From: Prochlorococcus sp. AG-355-B18
Lineage (GTDB): Bacteria > Cyanobacteriota > Cyanobacteriia > PCC-6307 > Cyanobiaceae
Direction of reading: 5' to 3'
Length of the DNA: 64,000 bases
Assembly: GCA_003280965.1 (NCBI GenBank)
Contig: QCDI01000001.1
Coordinates: forward strand, 64,001 to 128,000
A program made the translations under genes and the position numbers. The notes below the pieces were generated by a model, which ran no database searches, had not been told where the DNA came from, and saw only the letters and a program-made list of their open reading frames with translations. Positions 22,154-31,880 of this stretch are shown here, in pieces (the first letter of the stretch is position 1; each line of letters begins with the position of its first letter).

Positions 22154-22381
22154 TTGACTAAAGAAATTTTTAATGAATTAGCTGATTGGATTATCAATAA
22201 AGATCCAAATTATCCAACATTTGGAGAATGTAAATTTTGGATTAAAAGACAATATCCTCGATATGTTATTTCAAAAAATGATGAGAAAGAAATTTTAATG
22301 TTGTTGACTTATCTTCCTATGAGCCAACGCATGAATAATGTTTTATATGCCAAATATCTTGACCAAATACTTTCTAAATAA
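22154..22381 (+). CDS. Hypothetical protein
   Basis: ORF track, TTG start. Confidence 0.45.
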   Translation: MTKEIFNELADWIINKDPNYPTFGECKFWIKRQYPRYVISKNDEKEILMLLTYLPMSQRMNNVLYAKYLDQILSK

Positions 22382-22556
22382 ATGAAAGAGTGTGATGTAT
22401 GCAATAAAATAGATGTAATCCATTACAGGGTGAAATCTATAAATTACAAAAATTGGATTTTTTGCTGTAAACATTGTTGGGATCTTGTTTCAAGAGAAAG
22501 CCAATATTCTTATGGAGGAACCAGAAAATCAAAGGGTTAGAGCAAATATAAAAATT

Positions 22557-22811
22557 ATGGCTAAAGCTCATTGGTTGATTAATTCTAAAAAAACAGAAGT
22601 GAAAAGATTTATAAGAAATGATAAGAGTATTGAGGGTGTTTTCGAGTATATGTTTATAGATACTGGAAAAATAGTTGGAGTATTTGGAAAAGAACCTCCT
22701 GTAATGACAACAACTGTTTCTATAGATATTGATTTAGCTAGAGAAATTTATGAAAGATTACTTTCTCAGGGTTGGAGGAAAACTGAAGAAGTTTGGAAAA
22801 AAGGGACCTAG
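22557..22811 (+). CDS. DUF1651-like protein
   Basis: MAKAHWLINS...AREIYERLLSQGWRKTEEVW. Confidence 0.7.
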   Translation: MAKAHWLINSKKTEVKRFIRNDKSIEGVFEYMFIDTGKIVGVFGKEPPVMTTTVSIDIDLAREIYERLLSQGWRKTEEVWKKGT

Positions 22812-22873
22812 ACCATAAATTTAAGTCCTACATTGACAATAGATCTAAAATAAAAAAATTAGTATCTTATTTA

Positions 22874-23257
22874 ATGACAAATACTAAATCAATTAAAGAT
22901 TTAATAGAGGGTTACGCAAATAGCGAAGATTCCTCTTTCCTCATACCAAATGCAACTGAAGATTTTTTAGCAGTCAGACCAAGTGGAAATCCAATTTCTG
23001 CAAAAGGGTTAGTTGGAATGTTTAATAGTAAAGACTTAGTTGCAGAGTCATCAGAACTAGTAAAAACCCATAAAATTGAGATTTTTGGTGATATAGCTTA
23101 TGCAGTATTTACCTTAAATGAAATCTTTAGTTATAAAGGAAATCAAAATAAAGATCTTTCAACTTATACTTGTATTTTTAAACATGAAAATGGCACTTGG
23201 AAATATTCTTGGATGCAAAGATCACAAGGTACTACAGACATGAAAACTTGGGAATAA
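22874..23257 (+). CDS. NTF2/SnoaL-like (DUF3804-like) protein
   Basis: DFLAVRPSGNPI...FSYKGNQNKD...WKYSWMQRS; ATG 22874 follows a degenerate repeat A. Confidence 0.7.
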   Translation: MTNTKSIKDLIEGYANSEDSSFLIPNATEDFLAVRPSGNPISAKGLVGMFNSKDLVAESSELVKTHKIEIFGDIAYAVFTLNEIFSYKGNQNKDLSTYTCIFKHENGTWKYSWMQRSQGTTDMKTWE

Positions 23258-23470
23258 ATGAAAAGGTTACTTTTTGGTGAGCTTTTGATAGTTTTAATTA
23301 CTATAGTTTTTATTTATCTAAAACCAATTTCTAGAATTTATGTCGCTGATTATTTGGAAAAGATATCTTTATTTTTGTTTAGAACTGTCAGTGATGAAGA
23401 TTTAAATGAGTGGTATGAGAGAAGAGATAAATATAAATTACTTGAGAAATTAGGAGGGTCTTCTTATTAA
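23258..23470 (+). CDS. Hypothetical protein starting MKRLL
   Basis: ATG abuts the upstream TAA. Confidence 0.55.
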   Translation: MKRLLFGELLIVLITIVFIYLKPISRIYVADYLEKISLFLFRTVSDEDLNEWYERRDKYKLLEKLGGSSY

Positions 23471-23536
23471 TTGATAATATATCTAAAATAGGAAGACATT
23501 ATTTAAGTTAAGTAAATAAAAAAGAAAATATCTAAA

Positions 23537-24259
23537 ATGGCTACCAGAATAAACAAATATTTAAGCGAAGTCGGTTTTTGTTCTAGAAGAGCAGCAGATA
23601 TATTAATTGAAGAGGGAAAAGTAACAATTAATGGTGAAATTACAGAAATTGGTTCCAAGGTGGAAGAGGGTGATCAAGTAGAAGTTGAAGGTCAAAAAAT
23701 AATTAATTCAATAAAACAAAAAAACATTTACTTAGCCTTTAATAAACCAATTGGTATTGTTTGCACAACTGATAGAAGAGTAGAACCCGACAATATCATA
23801 GATTTCATTAAGTACCCTAGAAGAATTTTCCCTATTGGAAGATTGGATAAGCCAAGTGAAGGGTTAATTTTTTTAACTAATGATGGAGATATAGTAAACA
23901 AAATACTTAGAGCAAGAAATAATCATGAAAAAGAATACATCGTAAGCGTTAATCGTCCGATTAATAAAGACTTTATTCAAAGAATGAGTAATGGGGTTGA
24001 AATTTTAGACACCATAACTAAAAATTGTTTTGTAAAACAATTAGGTCAAAAAAAATTCAAAATCATACTCACTCAAGGACTTAACCGTCAGATTAGGAGA
24101 ATGTGTGAGTCCTTAGGCTACAGGGTAAAGTCATTAAAGCGTGTAAGAATTATGAATATTAAATTAGATGTACCAATAGGAAAATATCGCGAATTTACCA
24201 AAGAGGAACTTATCGAATTAAATCGATTACTCGAAAATTCTGCGAAAACATATTTCTAG
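23537..24259 (+). CDS. rRNA pseudouridine synthase (RsuA/RluF-like)
   Basis: S4 domain (RINKYLSEVGFCSRR), catalytic GRLD, QGLNRQIRRM. Confidence 0.92.
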   Translation: MATRINKYLSEVGFCSRRAADILIEEGKVTINGEITEIGSKVEEGDQVEVEGQKIINSIKQKNIYLAFNKPIGIVCTTDRRVEPDNIIDFIKYPRRIFPIGRLDKPSEGLIFLTNDGDIVNKILRARNNHEKEYIVSVNRPINKDFIQRMSNGVEILDTITKNCFVKQLGQKKFKIILTQGLNRQIRRMCESLGYRVKSLKRVRIMNIKLDVPIGKYREFTKEELIELNRLLENSAKTYF

Positions 24260-24515
24260 TAAAAACCTCCCCCTTTTTTATAAAAATAAATTCTAGATAA
24301 TTACAATTAATTATAGAAAAATATTATGGTTGCTATCCTTATTAGCAAATAACAATTGAGAATTTATGAAGGAATTAGAAGAAAATACTATTGAACAAAT
24401 AAGAACTCTTCTTAATTATTTAGAGCAAACAGACTTATTAAAAAATAAAGAAATTCTTAGGTGTCTTGATGTAATAGCCAGGGAGTATGGAGGCGAAGTA
24501 GTAGATAAAAATTAA

Positions 24516-24701
24516 ATGGCTAATCCAGATCAAAAAACAATATTGCTTGAGCGAGCTTATGACAAACTTAAATCAGTTTGCTCTGAATTCCAAGAGGAAT
24601 CGGGGGCAACTGATATGGAAGTAAAAACTTTACTTAGAGAACTTGCTAGGGTTTGGGAAAAAGATATTGATGACGATTACGACATAGATTGGGAAGTTTA
24701 A
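24516..24701 (+). CDS. Small hypothetical protein
   Basis: ATG ORF, 61 aa. Confidence 0.55.
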   Translation: MANPDQKTILLERAYDKLKSVCSEFQEESGATDMEVKTLLRELARVWEKDIDDDYDIDWEV

Positions 24702-24934
24702 ACCTTTTTAGCTTTATTAGCTCTATTAATTACTTTTCTCAAAATATTATTTTTTATTGATAAATCAGAAATACAATCAAGAGTTAAAAGCAAAACTACT
24801 TTTGCAAAAAATGAGATTTGCATAATAAACATTCTTTTACTTATAGAACCAAATTTTATTAAAAGTGCCAAATTTTTATTAATTGCCCTTGATTCTAATT
24901 AGAAAAAAATAGATAATTTTTCTATAATTTTTAT

Positions 24935-25192
24935 ATGGATAAAATCGAGAAATTTACGCTAATAAGTAAAGATAGATCGAGAATAAAAGTCTTTGAACCA
25001 TTTGAAGAGATTTCTAAAACTTCACTAAGTATTGATGCAATGATGATTTCTTATGGATGTTTATATAAGAGAAGTAGTAAACCAGTTATGAAAGGTTCAA
25101 GAGTTGAGACTATAGAAAATGCAAGAAAAGAATATAAACAGCTAATAAAAGAAGGTTGGAAGAAGACCAGTATTTTTAGAAATTATTTTTAA
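24935..25192 (+). CDS. DUF1651-like protein
   Basis: ARKEYKQLIKEGWKKT C-terminus. Confidence 0.65.
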   Translation: MDKIEKFTLISKDRSRIKVFEPFEEISKTSLSIDAMMISYGCLYKRSSKPVMKGSRVETIENARKEYKQLIKEGWKKTSIFRNYF

Positions 25193-25416
25193 GGATAAAA
25201 GTCCACTTTCCAACGCATTACGCAATAACTTAGAGGGTTATATCCATTGCAATTCCAGAACTTGAATATTTTTAAAGCTAAGTGGTGAAAATTAGCATCG
25301 TTGAAAAAAGCCCAACCAAAATAGATGGCAAATGCGGTTACTACAAATGCAGCATATTGAAGCCAATGTGTTCCAGATTTATCTAAACCATTTTTGTCAA
25401 AATTAGAATTACTCAT
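25189..25416 (-). CDS. Hypothetical membrane protein
   Basis: Abuts the hli stop codon. Confidence 0.55.
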   Translation of the reverse strand: MSNSNFDKNGLDKSGTHWLQYAAFVVTAFAIYFGWAFFNDANFHHLALKIFKFWNCNGYNPLSYCVMRWKVDFYP

Positions 25417-25671
25417 TCAAAGGATTGGATATGCTATCCATCCAAATAAGGTGTAGTTAATAATGACAGCCATGAAGCCAATCATTGCAAGCCTTCCATT
25501 TGTTCTTTCCGCAATAAACCAGTAGGTATTTGGCCATTCAAAATTTTCTCCCATATTAGATATTTGATCTTCTGAGACTGGATTCTCTGCAAGATCTTTT
25601 TCATTTTCCGCATAAAAATTACTATCTGGGTAAAAGCTTTCGCTTGAAAAATTATCTTTAAATTTACTCAT
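25417..25671 (-). CDS. hli: High-light-inducible protein
   Basis: AERTNGRLAMIGF motif. Confidence 0.9.
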   Translation of the reverse strand: MSKFKDNFSSESFYPDSNFYAENEKDLAENPVSEDQISNMGENFEWPNTYWFIAERTNGRLAMIGFMAVIINYTLFGWIAYPIL

Positions 25672-25865
25672 TTTCTAAAATTAACTTCTATCATCCTAAA
25701 AAGTTTTTTTTAATTATGTTGTTATATCTGCTTTTTAATATTTCATTACCATTGCCAAATGGGAATAAACACTAAAAGAGTTTTACCCTTCAATTTTAGA
25801 TCGACTGTCAATCAAGTGATTTTTAAATTAAGAGCTCTAGAATAGTTTTTAATTATATTTTTTCT

Positions 25866-26147
25866 ATGCTTTTTTTAATTTCTTATAAGTTCTCTGATGC
25901 GACCGCGCAAGAGAAGGGAGCTAAAATGCTAACAGAATAGTACGACAAAGGAGGACCGCAAAATAGACCAGAGAATTATGACGTAAAATCTTGGATTTTC
26001 TTACCTCAACATGGAAACGGTTACTCTGTTGTAGATACAGATTCTTTAGAAACTATTTGGCGTCAATGGCGACCTTGGAGAGAATTAATGGAGATTACTA
26101 TTGAACCTTGTGCCGATTTAGATGAAGTAGTAGCTCTATATCGTTAA
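25866..26147 (+). pseudogene. DUF3303-like protein with internal stop
   Basis: MLFLISYKFSD...LTE*YDKGGP...IWRQWRPWRELMEITIEPCADLDE; TAG at 25938-25940. Confidence 0.7.
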
Positions 26148-26293
26148 TGAAACGCATACTAATTTGCACTGCTAATAGTTGGCAATTGAGATTCTATATT
26201 AAATAATTCCTCTAGCAGAAGTATTCATTTCAAGATCCTTAACTCAATTTTAAATAATTTATCCTAGAAAAGGTTAGTGAATTTATTAATCAA

Positions 26294-26632
26294 ATGAATA
26301 CTTATTTAGTAACTGCAACTTTTAAAAACGTAGCTCTAATGGGTGCAGCTTATGATCTTTTTTTAAAGGTTATCGAAGATGGAACTTTAAATGATGAGTT
26401 TGAAGGATTCAAAGTTTTGGGAAGGTATCATGCCTCTTACTCAAATAATGTTTATATTATTGTCCAAGCTTCAGCAGGCATAAAAATGACAGAACACTTT
26501 GCTCCTTGGAAAGTTAAGTTTGATATAGATTTTGATATCAAGCCAGTTATGACTGACGATGAAAAAGTTGCTGAGCATAAGCTTGTTGGTTCATTAATGG
26601 CAGCAGAACAGAAAATGGGATTCACAGGTTAA
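26294..26632 (+). CDS. DUF3303-like protein
   Basis: DEFEGFKVLGRYH...HFAPW...IKPVMTD. Confidence 0.72.
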   Translation: MNTYLVTATFKNVALMGAAYDLFLKVIEDGTLNDEFEGFKVLGRYHASYSNNVYIIVQASAGIKMTEHFAPWKVKFDIDFDIKPVMTDDEKVAEHKLVGSLMAAEQKMGFTG

Positions 26633-27006
26633 TTATTTTATAGAGACTTAGATTATGAATATATTATCTCCGTTTGGAAAGTGACCTAAAATTAGTAATA
26701 CTACTGGTATATATCGAGTAATTTTATATAAATTCCCAACAGTACTAATATTGCTAGACCTACACCAATAACTTAATTTGGCTGATTACGCCAAAGCTCT
26801 TGAAAAATTCCATTAAAGATTAATAAGCAAATTGGTGCTTTTTATATATTTTTCTATAGTCTTCATGCAACCTTTCAGTTGCTAATTTTCTTCTATTCAT
26901 TGCATCTCTAATTAAATCCATTTGGTTTAATTTTCCATTGATAATAGTGAATGATGTAGTTAGTTTCATAAAACCTCTTTATTTAGTAAAGACTAAAATT
27001 AAGAAC

Positions 27007-27189
27007 TCAGTCACAGTAAATTAAACAATTTTGATTTGTTGGATGTTCTCTACATTCTTTCTCCCAAAAGTTTTCAAACTCAGGAGTACATTTCACAAGT
27101 TCTTTTGGAGTTTCGTTAAGGTTTAATCCTGCATAATTAAACGCCGTTAAGTATCTTGGAAGAATGTTAAATTGATTGAATAGTTCCAT
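27007..27189 (-). CDS. Small protein with CP12-like C-terminus
   Basis: FENFWEKECREHPTNQNCLIYCD; GGAGG RBS. Confidence 0.6.
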   Translation of the reverse strand: MELFNQFNILPRYLTAFNYAGLNLNETPKELVKCTPEFENFWEKECREHPTNQNCLIYCD

Positions 27190-27345
27190 AAGACCTCCTA
27201 GATCTATATCTATATTGTCCTCCTTTTTAATTGAAATTCATAGAGTATTATTACCTGAGTAAAAGTGCTTTGTAATTGTTACGACTATCTTTTAGCACTT
27301 AATTGAAGTAAAAATAATACAGGAGTCAAAAGTACTTCATCGACT

Positions 27346-27939
27346 TTGTGCTCAGCGAGGTGCATACGACATGATGTTCAGGCATTACCATCAATTAGCC
27401 CTTATTTGTCATCAGAGAATAAAAATATACGAAAAGAGGCAGTTATTACGATTAGATATCTTAATCAATTAACCCATTTTACCCCAGCGAACACTCTTGC
27501 TAATGATCCCGATCAAGAAGTAAGAAAGGAAACAATGTTAACTCTTGGGAATTTTAGAGAAGATTGTATTGTTCCAATTTTGTGTAATTCCCTAGAAAAT
27601 GATGAGTCTTGGGAAGTAAGACGAAATGCAGCCATCGCATTGGAAATGCATGGGGATAATTCTTCTTCTAAATCTCTTTCTTCTGCAATTTCAGACTCGC
27701 ATTGGCAGGTAAGGAAGTTTTCAATGAGAGCTCTTACAAAAGTATTATCCAAGGAATATTTAGGGGAAATAGTGAAATTACTTTGTGACGATTATTCAGA
27801 TGTGAGAAAAGAAGCTGCTATCGCTTTAGGTTTATTAGGCTCTAAAAAGGCAATCCCATCTCTAAAACAATCATTAGATGATGCTGATATTGAAGTGAGA
27901 ATTCAATCTCAAAAAGCTTTAGAAAAATTGAATGTATGA
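27346..27939 (+). CDS. HEAT-repeat protein (probably 5'-truncated)
   Basis: Repeated D..WEVR..AA.AL units; no ATG, in-frame TGA at 27304. Confidence 0.8.
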   Translation: MCSARCIRHDVQALPSISPYLSSENKNIRKEAVITIRYLNQLTHFTPANTLANDPDQEVRKETMLTLGNFREDCIVPILCNSLENDESWEVRRNAAIALEMHGDNSSSKSLSSAISDSHWQVRKFSMRALTKVLSKEYLGEIVKLLCDDYSDVRKEAAIALGLLGSKKAIPSLKQSLDDADIEVRIQSQKALEKLNV

Positions 27940-28949
27940 GTAATTCAAAGGAGGATAATAAAGAAAATGAGGCTAGACAGAATCATGTAAAAGAATATTT
28001 AAAAACTCTAGAACTTAGAGAAATTTATGGTGATCTTATCTCATCTTGCGTTGTAAGGAATATAAGAGTAGTTGGAGATTATTTATATTTGAAGTTATTT
28101 CTTGGATCAGATCAAATTAAATTAAAGGAAATAATTGAGAATAAACTAAAAATTTTTTCATGGGCGAAAAAAGTATATTTAGATCTCAAATTTATTAAAG
28201 GAGTTAAAAGGACAATTGCTATTGGTAGTGGTAAGGGTGGCGTAGGTAAATCTTCTGTAACTGTTGGCCTTGCTTTAAATTTAAAAAAAAGAGGTTTCAA
28301 AGTAGGTATTTTAGATGCCGATGTTTATGGACCTAATATCCCTAATATTGTTGGATTGAGTAAACAAGACGTATTGACTAAGGAGGAAAATGGAAAAGTT
28401 AAATTTATTGCATTAGATCATGAAGACTTGAAAATAATGTCTGTTGCAATGCTTGCAAAATCAAATCAATCACTTGCATGGAGAGGTCCGATATTAACAA
28501 GATTACTAAATCAGTTTTTGTATCAAGTTGATTGGGGTGAATTAGATTTCTTGCTTATCGATCTTCCTCCAGGTACTGGCGACACTCAGATAACTCTTCT
28601 TCAAGATAGTCCAATAGTTGGGGTGATTTTAGTTACTTTGCCAGGTTCATCATCTTATTCTGATTTAATAAGAACAACGTCTATGTATGAAAATTTTGGA
28701 ATGCCAATTTATGGATTGATTGAAAATATGTCTTTCTATAAATGCCCTTGCTGTTCTCATGAGGAAAAGTTATTTATGGACGAAACGATGCCAAATGAAA
28801 CCATTAAAAGTAAATACAGTCTTTTAACAAGTTTGCCCATTATCAATACTAAATTACGTATTGAGGGCATAAATCTATTTTTAAAAAAAGAAAATAGCAA
28901 GTATTTCGATAACGTATGTTCATTAATTGAGGAAAAGGCAAATTTTTAA
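27936..28949 (+). CDS. Mrp/NBP35 (ApbC) family Fe-S carrier ATPase
   Basis: SGKGGVGKS, DADVYGP, WRGP, DLPPGTGD, ENMS..CPCC. Confidence 0.9.
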   Translation: MSNSKEDNKENEARQNHVKEYLKTLELREIYGDLISSCVVRNIRVVGDYLYLKLFLGSDQIKLKEIIENKLKIFSWAKKVYLDLKFIKGVKRTIAIGSGKGGVGKSSVTVGLALNLKKRGFKVGILDADVYGPNIPNIVGLSKQDVLTKEENGKVKFIALDHEDLKIMSVAMLAKSNQSLAWRGPILTRLLNQFLYQVDWGELDFLLIDLPPGTGDTQITLLQDSPIVGVILVTLPGSSSYSDLIRTTSMYENFGMPIYGLIENMSFYKCPCCSHEEKLFMDETMPNETIKSKYSLLTSLPIINTKLRIEGINLFLKKENSKYFDNVCSLIEEKANF

Positions 28950-29100
28950 AATGATTAATTCTCTTCAATCAAAATTTAAATTAGTTTCAATAATATGGAT
29001 TTAAAAATAATGTATAGAATAGAAATTCAGTCACATCTTACCCAACTTAATATAAGAAAATTTAAAGTAATTTCAAGTGAATTTATCCTCTAAAAAAACT

Positions 29101-29439
29101 ATGAAAAAACTATTAATTCTTACTATCCTTTTAATTTCTTCTTGCAGTACTAAAGATGAACTATCCATTACTGATGAAAATAAATTATTTTCTGTAACTA
29201 AAGAAACTGCAGTTCTTGTTTGTGGAGGTAAATCAAGATTAATTGAAAGTAAAAATCAAGAAATAATCAAAGTAGAAATCAAGGATTCTTCGAGTACTGA
29301 AAAAGAAAAATTTGTTCAATTTACTGTTGTTGAAACTGATAGAAAAGGCGGCAAATATAGAATTGTCAATTGTTATCCAAATAAAGATCCTAAAAAATCG
29401 ATAGTAAAAACAATAACTACTAGTTACAAGCTAAATTAG
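29101..29439 (+). CDS. Putative lipoprotein
   Basis: MKKLLILTILLISSC lipobox. Confidence 0.6.
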   Translation: MKKLLILTILLISSCSTKDELSITDENKLFSVTKETAVLVCGGKSRLIESKNQEIIKVEIKDSSSTEKEKFVQFTVVETDRKGGKYRIVNCYPNKDPKKSIVKTITTSYKLN

Positions 29440-29491
29440 TTCAATACGAAATGATGTAGTCATTTGATAATTGACAGTCTATCTCTTACGG

Positions 29492-29743
29492 CTATTTTTT
29501 AGCCCCTGTTTTAATAATATTTTTTCTTCTAAATTGAATATTTGCTGATATTTTTTCCGCCAAAGTTGGAAGATTTGGTGGCTCCAGCATAAGATAAACT
29601 CTTCCTGATTTTTCTAAATAAATATAGTCTTCTAATAAGTTTCTGTTGAGAAGTCGATAGATTGTTTTGGTGGATTTATAGCCTAATTTTTTTGCTGCAT
29701 GGCTAATCGTAAAAGCTTCAATTTCGAATGACTTTGGTTTCAT
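29492..29743 (-). CDS. Excisionase-like HTH DNA-binding protein
   Basis: FTISHAAKKLGYKSTKTIYRLL. Confidence 0.65.
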   Translation of the reverse strand: MKPKSFEIEAFTISHAAKKLGYKSTKTIYRLLNRNLLEDYIYLEKSGRVYLMLEPPNLPTLAEKISANIQFRRKNIIKTGAKK

Positions 29744-30027
29744 AATATTCTGTTTGATTCCTATAAGTAGAGTATCCAAATCTCTTTAATCTTCTTTGAT
29801 GTAATTCCCAATTTTTAGTATTTATATCTGGGCTTTTAAGTTCCCTTTCATATTGAATAGTTCGATAACTCTTAACACCATTTTTTTTTTCTTAATGCAG
29901 AAGTAAACCCAATAACTGATAAAAAAAATATAAGTACTATTACAAATCCAACTGTACTTTCAATATCTATTTTGTCCTGATATTCCTCTAATGAACTTTT
30001 AGTAGTTGCTATAAAAATTTTTTTCAT
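29718..30027 (-). pseudogene. Frameshifted paralog of 4884-5174
   Basis: TM N-terminus, shift in A10 run (29881-29890), then SPDINTKNWELHQRRLKRFGYSTY. Confidence 0.6.
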
Positions 30028-30065
30028 TTATATGATCGGTGCAAGTAGTGAGCGTTTCATTTTAT

Positions 30066-30326
30066 TTAAAAATCATCAATAATATTTAAAGTTAGATAAT
30101 CATTTATTTGATCTACATTAACTAAATTTCTTGATGTCATTATTGAAGGAATAAAGACGCAAGTTATGATCAATGAAGCAAAAGTTAGTCCATATACTTT
30201 CGGTTTTAACCTAAAACCTTTTAGCCTTTTATGTAAAAAATCTAAGTTAAATTTTTTTGATTCTTGCTTATAAGAAAGTGCATTCTCAATCATTTGATTA
30301 AGACGTTCCTTTTTTAATTTAGACAT
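30066..30326 (-). CDS. Putative anti-sigma factor (single TM)
   Basis: Overlaps the sigma-factor stop; one TM helix. Confidence 0.55.
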   Translation of the reverse strand: MSKLKKERLNQMIENALSYKQESKKFNLDFLHKRLKGFRLKPKVYGLTFASLIITCVFIPSIMTSRNLVNVDQINDYLTLNIIDDF

Positions 30327-30870
30327 ACAATAATTCCTCCAATAAATCCTTAGGCAAAATAGTTTTTAATTTTTTGCGAGCCCGTATAATTAGGCTTTCA
30401 GTAGCTTTTTCAGTTTTTTTTAAAATATTAGACACTTCCTTCTGTTTGTAACCACAAAAATAATGTAGCAGAATTGCTTCTTTTTGATGTGTAGGAAGTT
30501 TTTGAATATTATTCAATAGCATTTTTCTTAATTCATAATTACTGTTGTTATTTGTAATTTCTAGATTGGAATAATAATCTTTAAATTCATTGGAGCTTTT
30601 ATGTCTTCTTAGGAAATCCATACAAGTTGAAAACACTATCTTATAAACATATCCTTCAACACTTCCTTTATTTACCCAACGAGGAGCTGATTGCCAAATT
30701 TTAATTAAAGAAATTTGTACTACATCATCTGCATCGTCAAAATGCGTTGAACCCAAAAATTTAATTGCTGTTGCATGCATTTTGTATCCCAAAGCATTTG
30801 CTATAAAACGGAAGGATTCCTTATCACCCTTAGCAGTTTTAAGCATATAAGAGTTTAATTCCTCAGACAT
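30319..30870 (-). CDS. ECF (group 4) sigma-70 factor
   Basis: GDKESF...DADDVVQ...IW (region 2), LPTHQKEAILLHYFCGYKQKEVS...RARKKL (region 4); 183 aa. Confidence 0.9.
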   Translation of the reverse strand: MSEELNSYMLKTAKGDKESFRFIANALGYKMHATAIKFLGSTHFDDADDVVQISLIKIWQSAPRWVNKGSVEGYVYKIVFSTCMDFLRRHKSSNEFKDYYSNLEITNNNSNYELRKMLLNNIQKLPTHQKEAILLHYFCGYKQKEVSNILKKTEKATESLIIRARKKLKTILPKDLLEELLYV

Positions 30871-30873
30871 TCT

Positions 30874-31173
30874 TTACTTCTCTTTATTCCTAAATTTTAA
30901 CCTTTTTCTTAATTCATACCTAAGTGCGCGTAATTCTTTTTTTGATAATTTACTATCAGCATTTTTATCAAAGTTTATAAATATTTTATCTATTCGAGCA
31001 CTATGAGCTGACATCATTTCGTCTTTTGAGAGAAGTCCATCTCCATTAGTATCTATCCTTTGAAAACGCCCACGCATCTTCATAAAATTATTCTTCTCAT
31101 AGATTGGATTGGCATAAGAGGGCAGTGCAATAAAAAAGCTCAATGCCAAAATTAAAATTGAAGAGTTTTTCAT
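30874..31173 (-). CDS. Secreted EF-hand protein
   Basis: Signal peptide; DTNGDGLLSKDE and DKNADSKLSKKE loops. Confidence 0.88.
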   Translation of the reverse strand: MKNSSILILALSFFIALPSYANPIYEKNNFMKMRGRFQRIDTNGDGLLSKDEMMSAHSARIDKIFINFDKNADSKLSKKELRALRYELRKRLKFRNKEK

Positions 31174-31232
31174 AAAGGTAATTAATATCTATAAATCATT
31201 AACGCAAAAATTGATAAAATCCTTCGCGAAAT

Positions 31233-31313
31233 CAATAAGGAGCTAAATGCATCTTATTTTAGATCGACTGTCAATTGTAATTAATATAGCTGTGCAAGTA
31301 GTAAGCGTTTCAT
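31233..31313 (-). repeat. Composite cassette-boundary repeat (B + A)
   Basis: ATGAAACGCTTACTACTTGCACAGCTATATTAATTACAA-TTGACAGTCGATCTAAAATAAGATGCATTTAGCTCCTTATT. Confidence 0.85.
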
Positions 31314-31726
31314 CTAGGAAGTATTCTATTTAATTCGGGATATTCAATTCTTAATTCTTCTATAAATGCATCAACGGTCTTTGATATCTCGTCAGTAGTA
31401 TTCAAAATAGAATTTTTATATTTTAGATATTCGGAAACTTGAAATAATTTCATAGTTGATTTTGTTAAAAGTAATGTTGCAAGAGGAGATTTATCTGCCA
31501 ATTTAGTTGAAGGAAAATATTTTATAGTTTCAGGATAAGTTTTTTCCATATCCTCAATATAGTCTTCTATCTTTTCATTTAATTCATCATATTTTGATGA
31601 TAAAAACTTTTTGGTATTTAAATATTCAAAACCTGCGAATAAAAAACCAATAGGAAAACTTAAAAATAATATTGAAAGAGAAAGCCTAAGAAGATTTTGG
31701 GAAAATTTTTCCATAGAAATAATCAA
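31310..31726 (-). CDS. Hypothetical protein, N-terminal TM
   Basis: Stop TGA lies inside repeat B. Confidence 0.6.
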   Translation of the reverse strand: MIISMEKFSQNLLRLSLSILFLSFPIGFLFAGFEYLNTKKFLSSKYDELNEKIEDYIEDMEKTYPETIKYFPSTKLADKSPLATLLLTKSTMKLFQVSEYLKYKNSILNTTDEISKTVDAFIEELRIEYPELNRILPR

Positions 31727-31825
31727 TTAAATTTATTTAAAACATATCAAGGTTAAAAGTAAGTAAAGCATGTAATATTTTTGCTTTCTTCTTCCGATCC
31801 ACTGAAATATTTAATTTTTATAATT

Positions 31826-31880
31826 TCTATATCGACTGTCAATCGTATTTAATATAGCGGTGCAATTAGTAAGCGTTTCA
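31826..31880 (-). repeat. Composite cassette-boundary repeat (B + partial A)
   Basis: TGAAACGCTTACTAATTGCACCGCTATATTAAATACGA-TTGACAGTCGATATAG. Confidence 0.85.

Noticed and set aside
25938..25940. Stop-codon recoding (pyrrolysine or readthrough)
   Set aside because: Simple TGG-to-TAG mutation in an island with other pseudogenes; no recoding machinery seen
14430..27260. Recurring GGTAA...TTAC palindromes as one regulon motif
   Set aside because: Spacing between GTA and TAC varies from 4 to 8 nt in very AT-rich DNA, so a single motif is not supportable by eye
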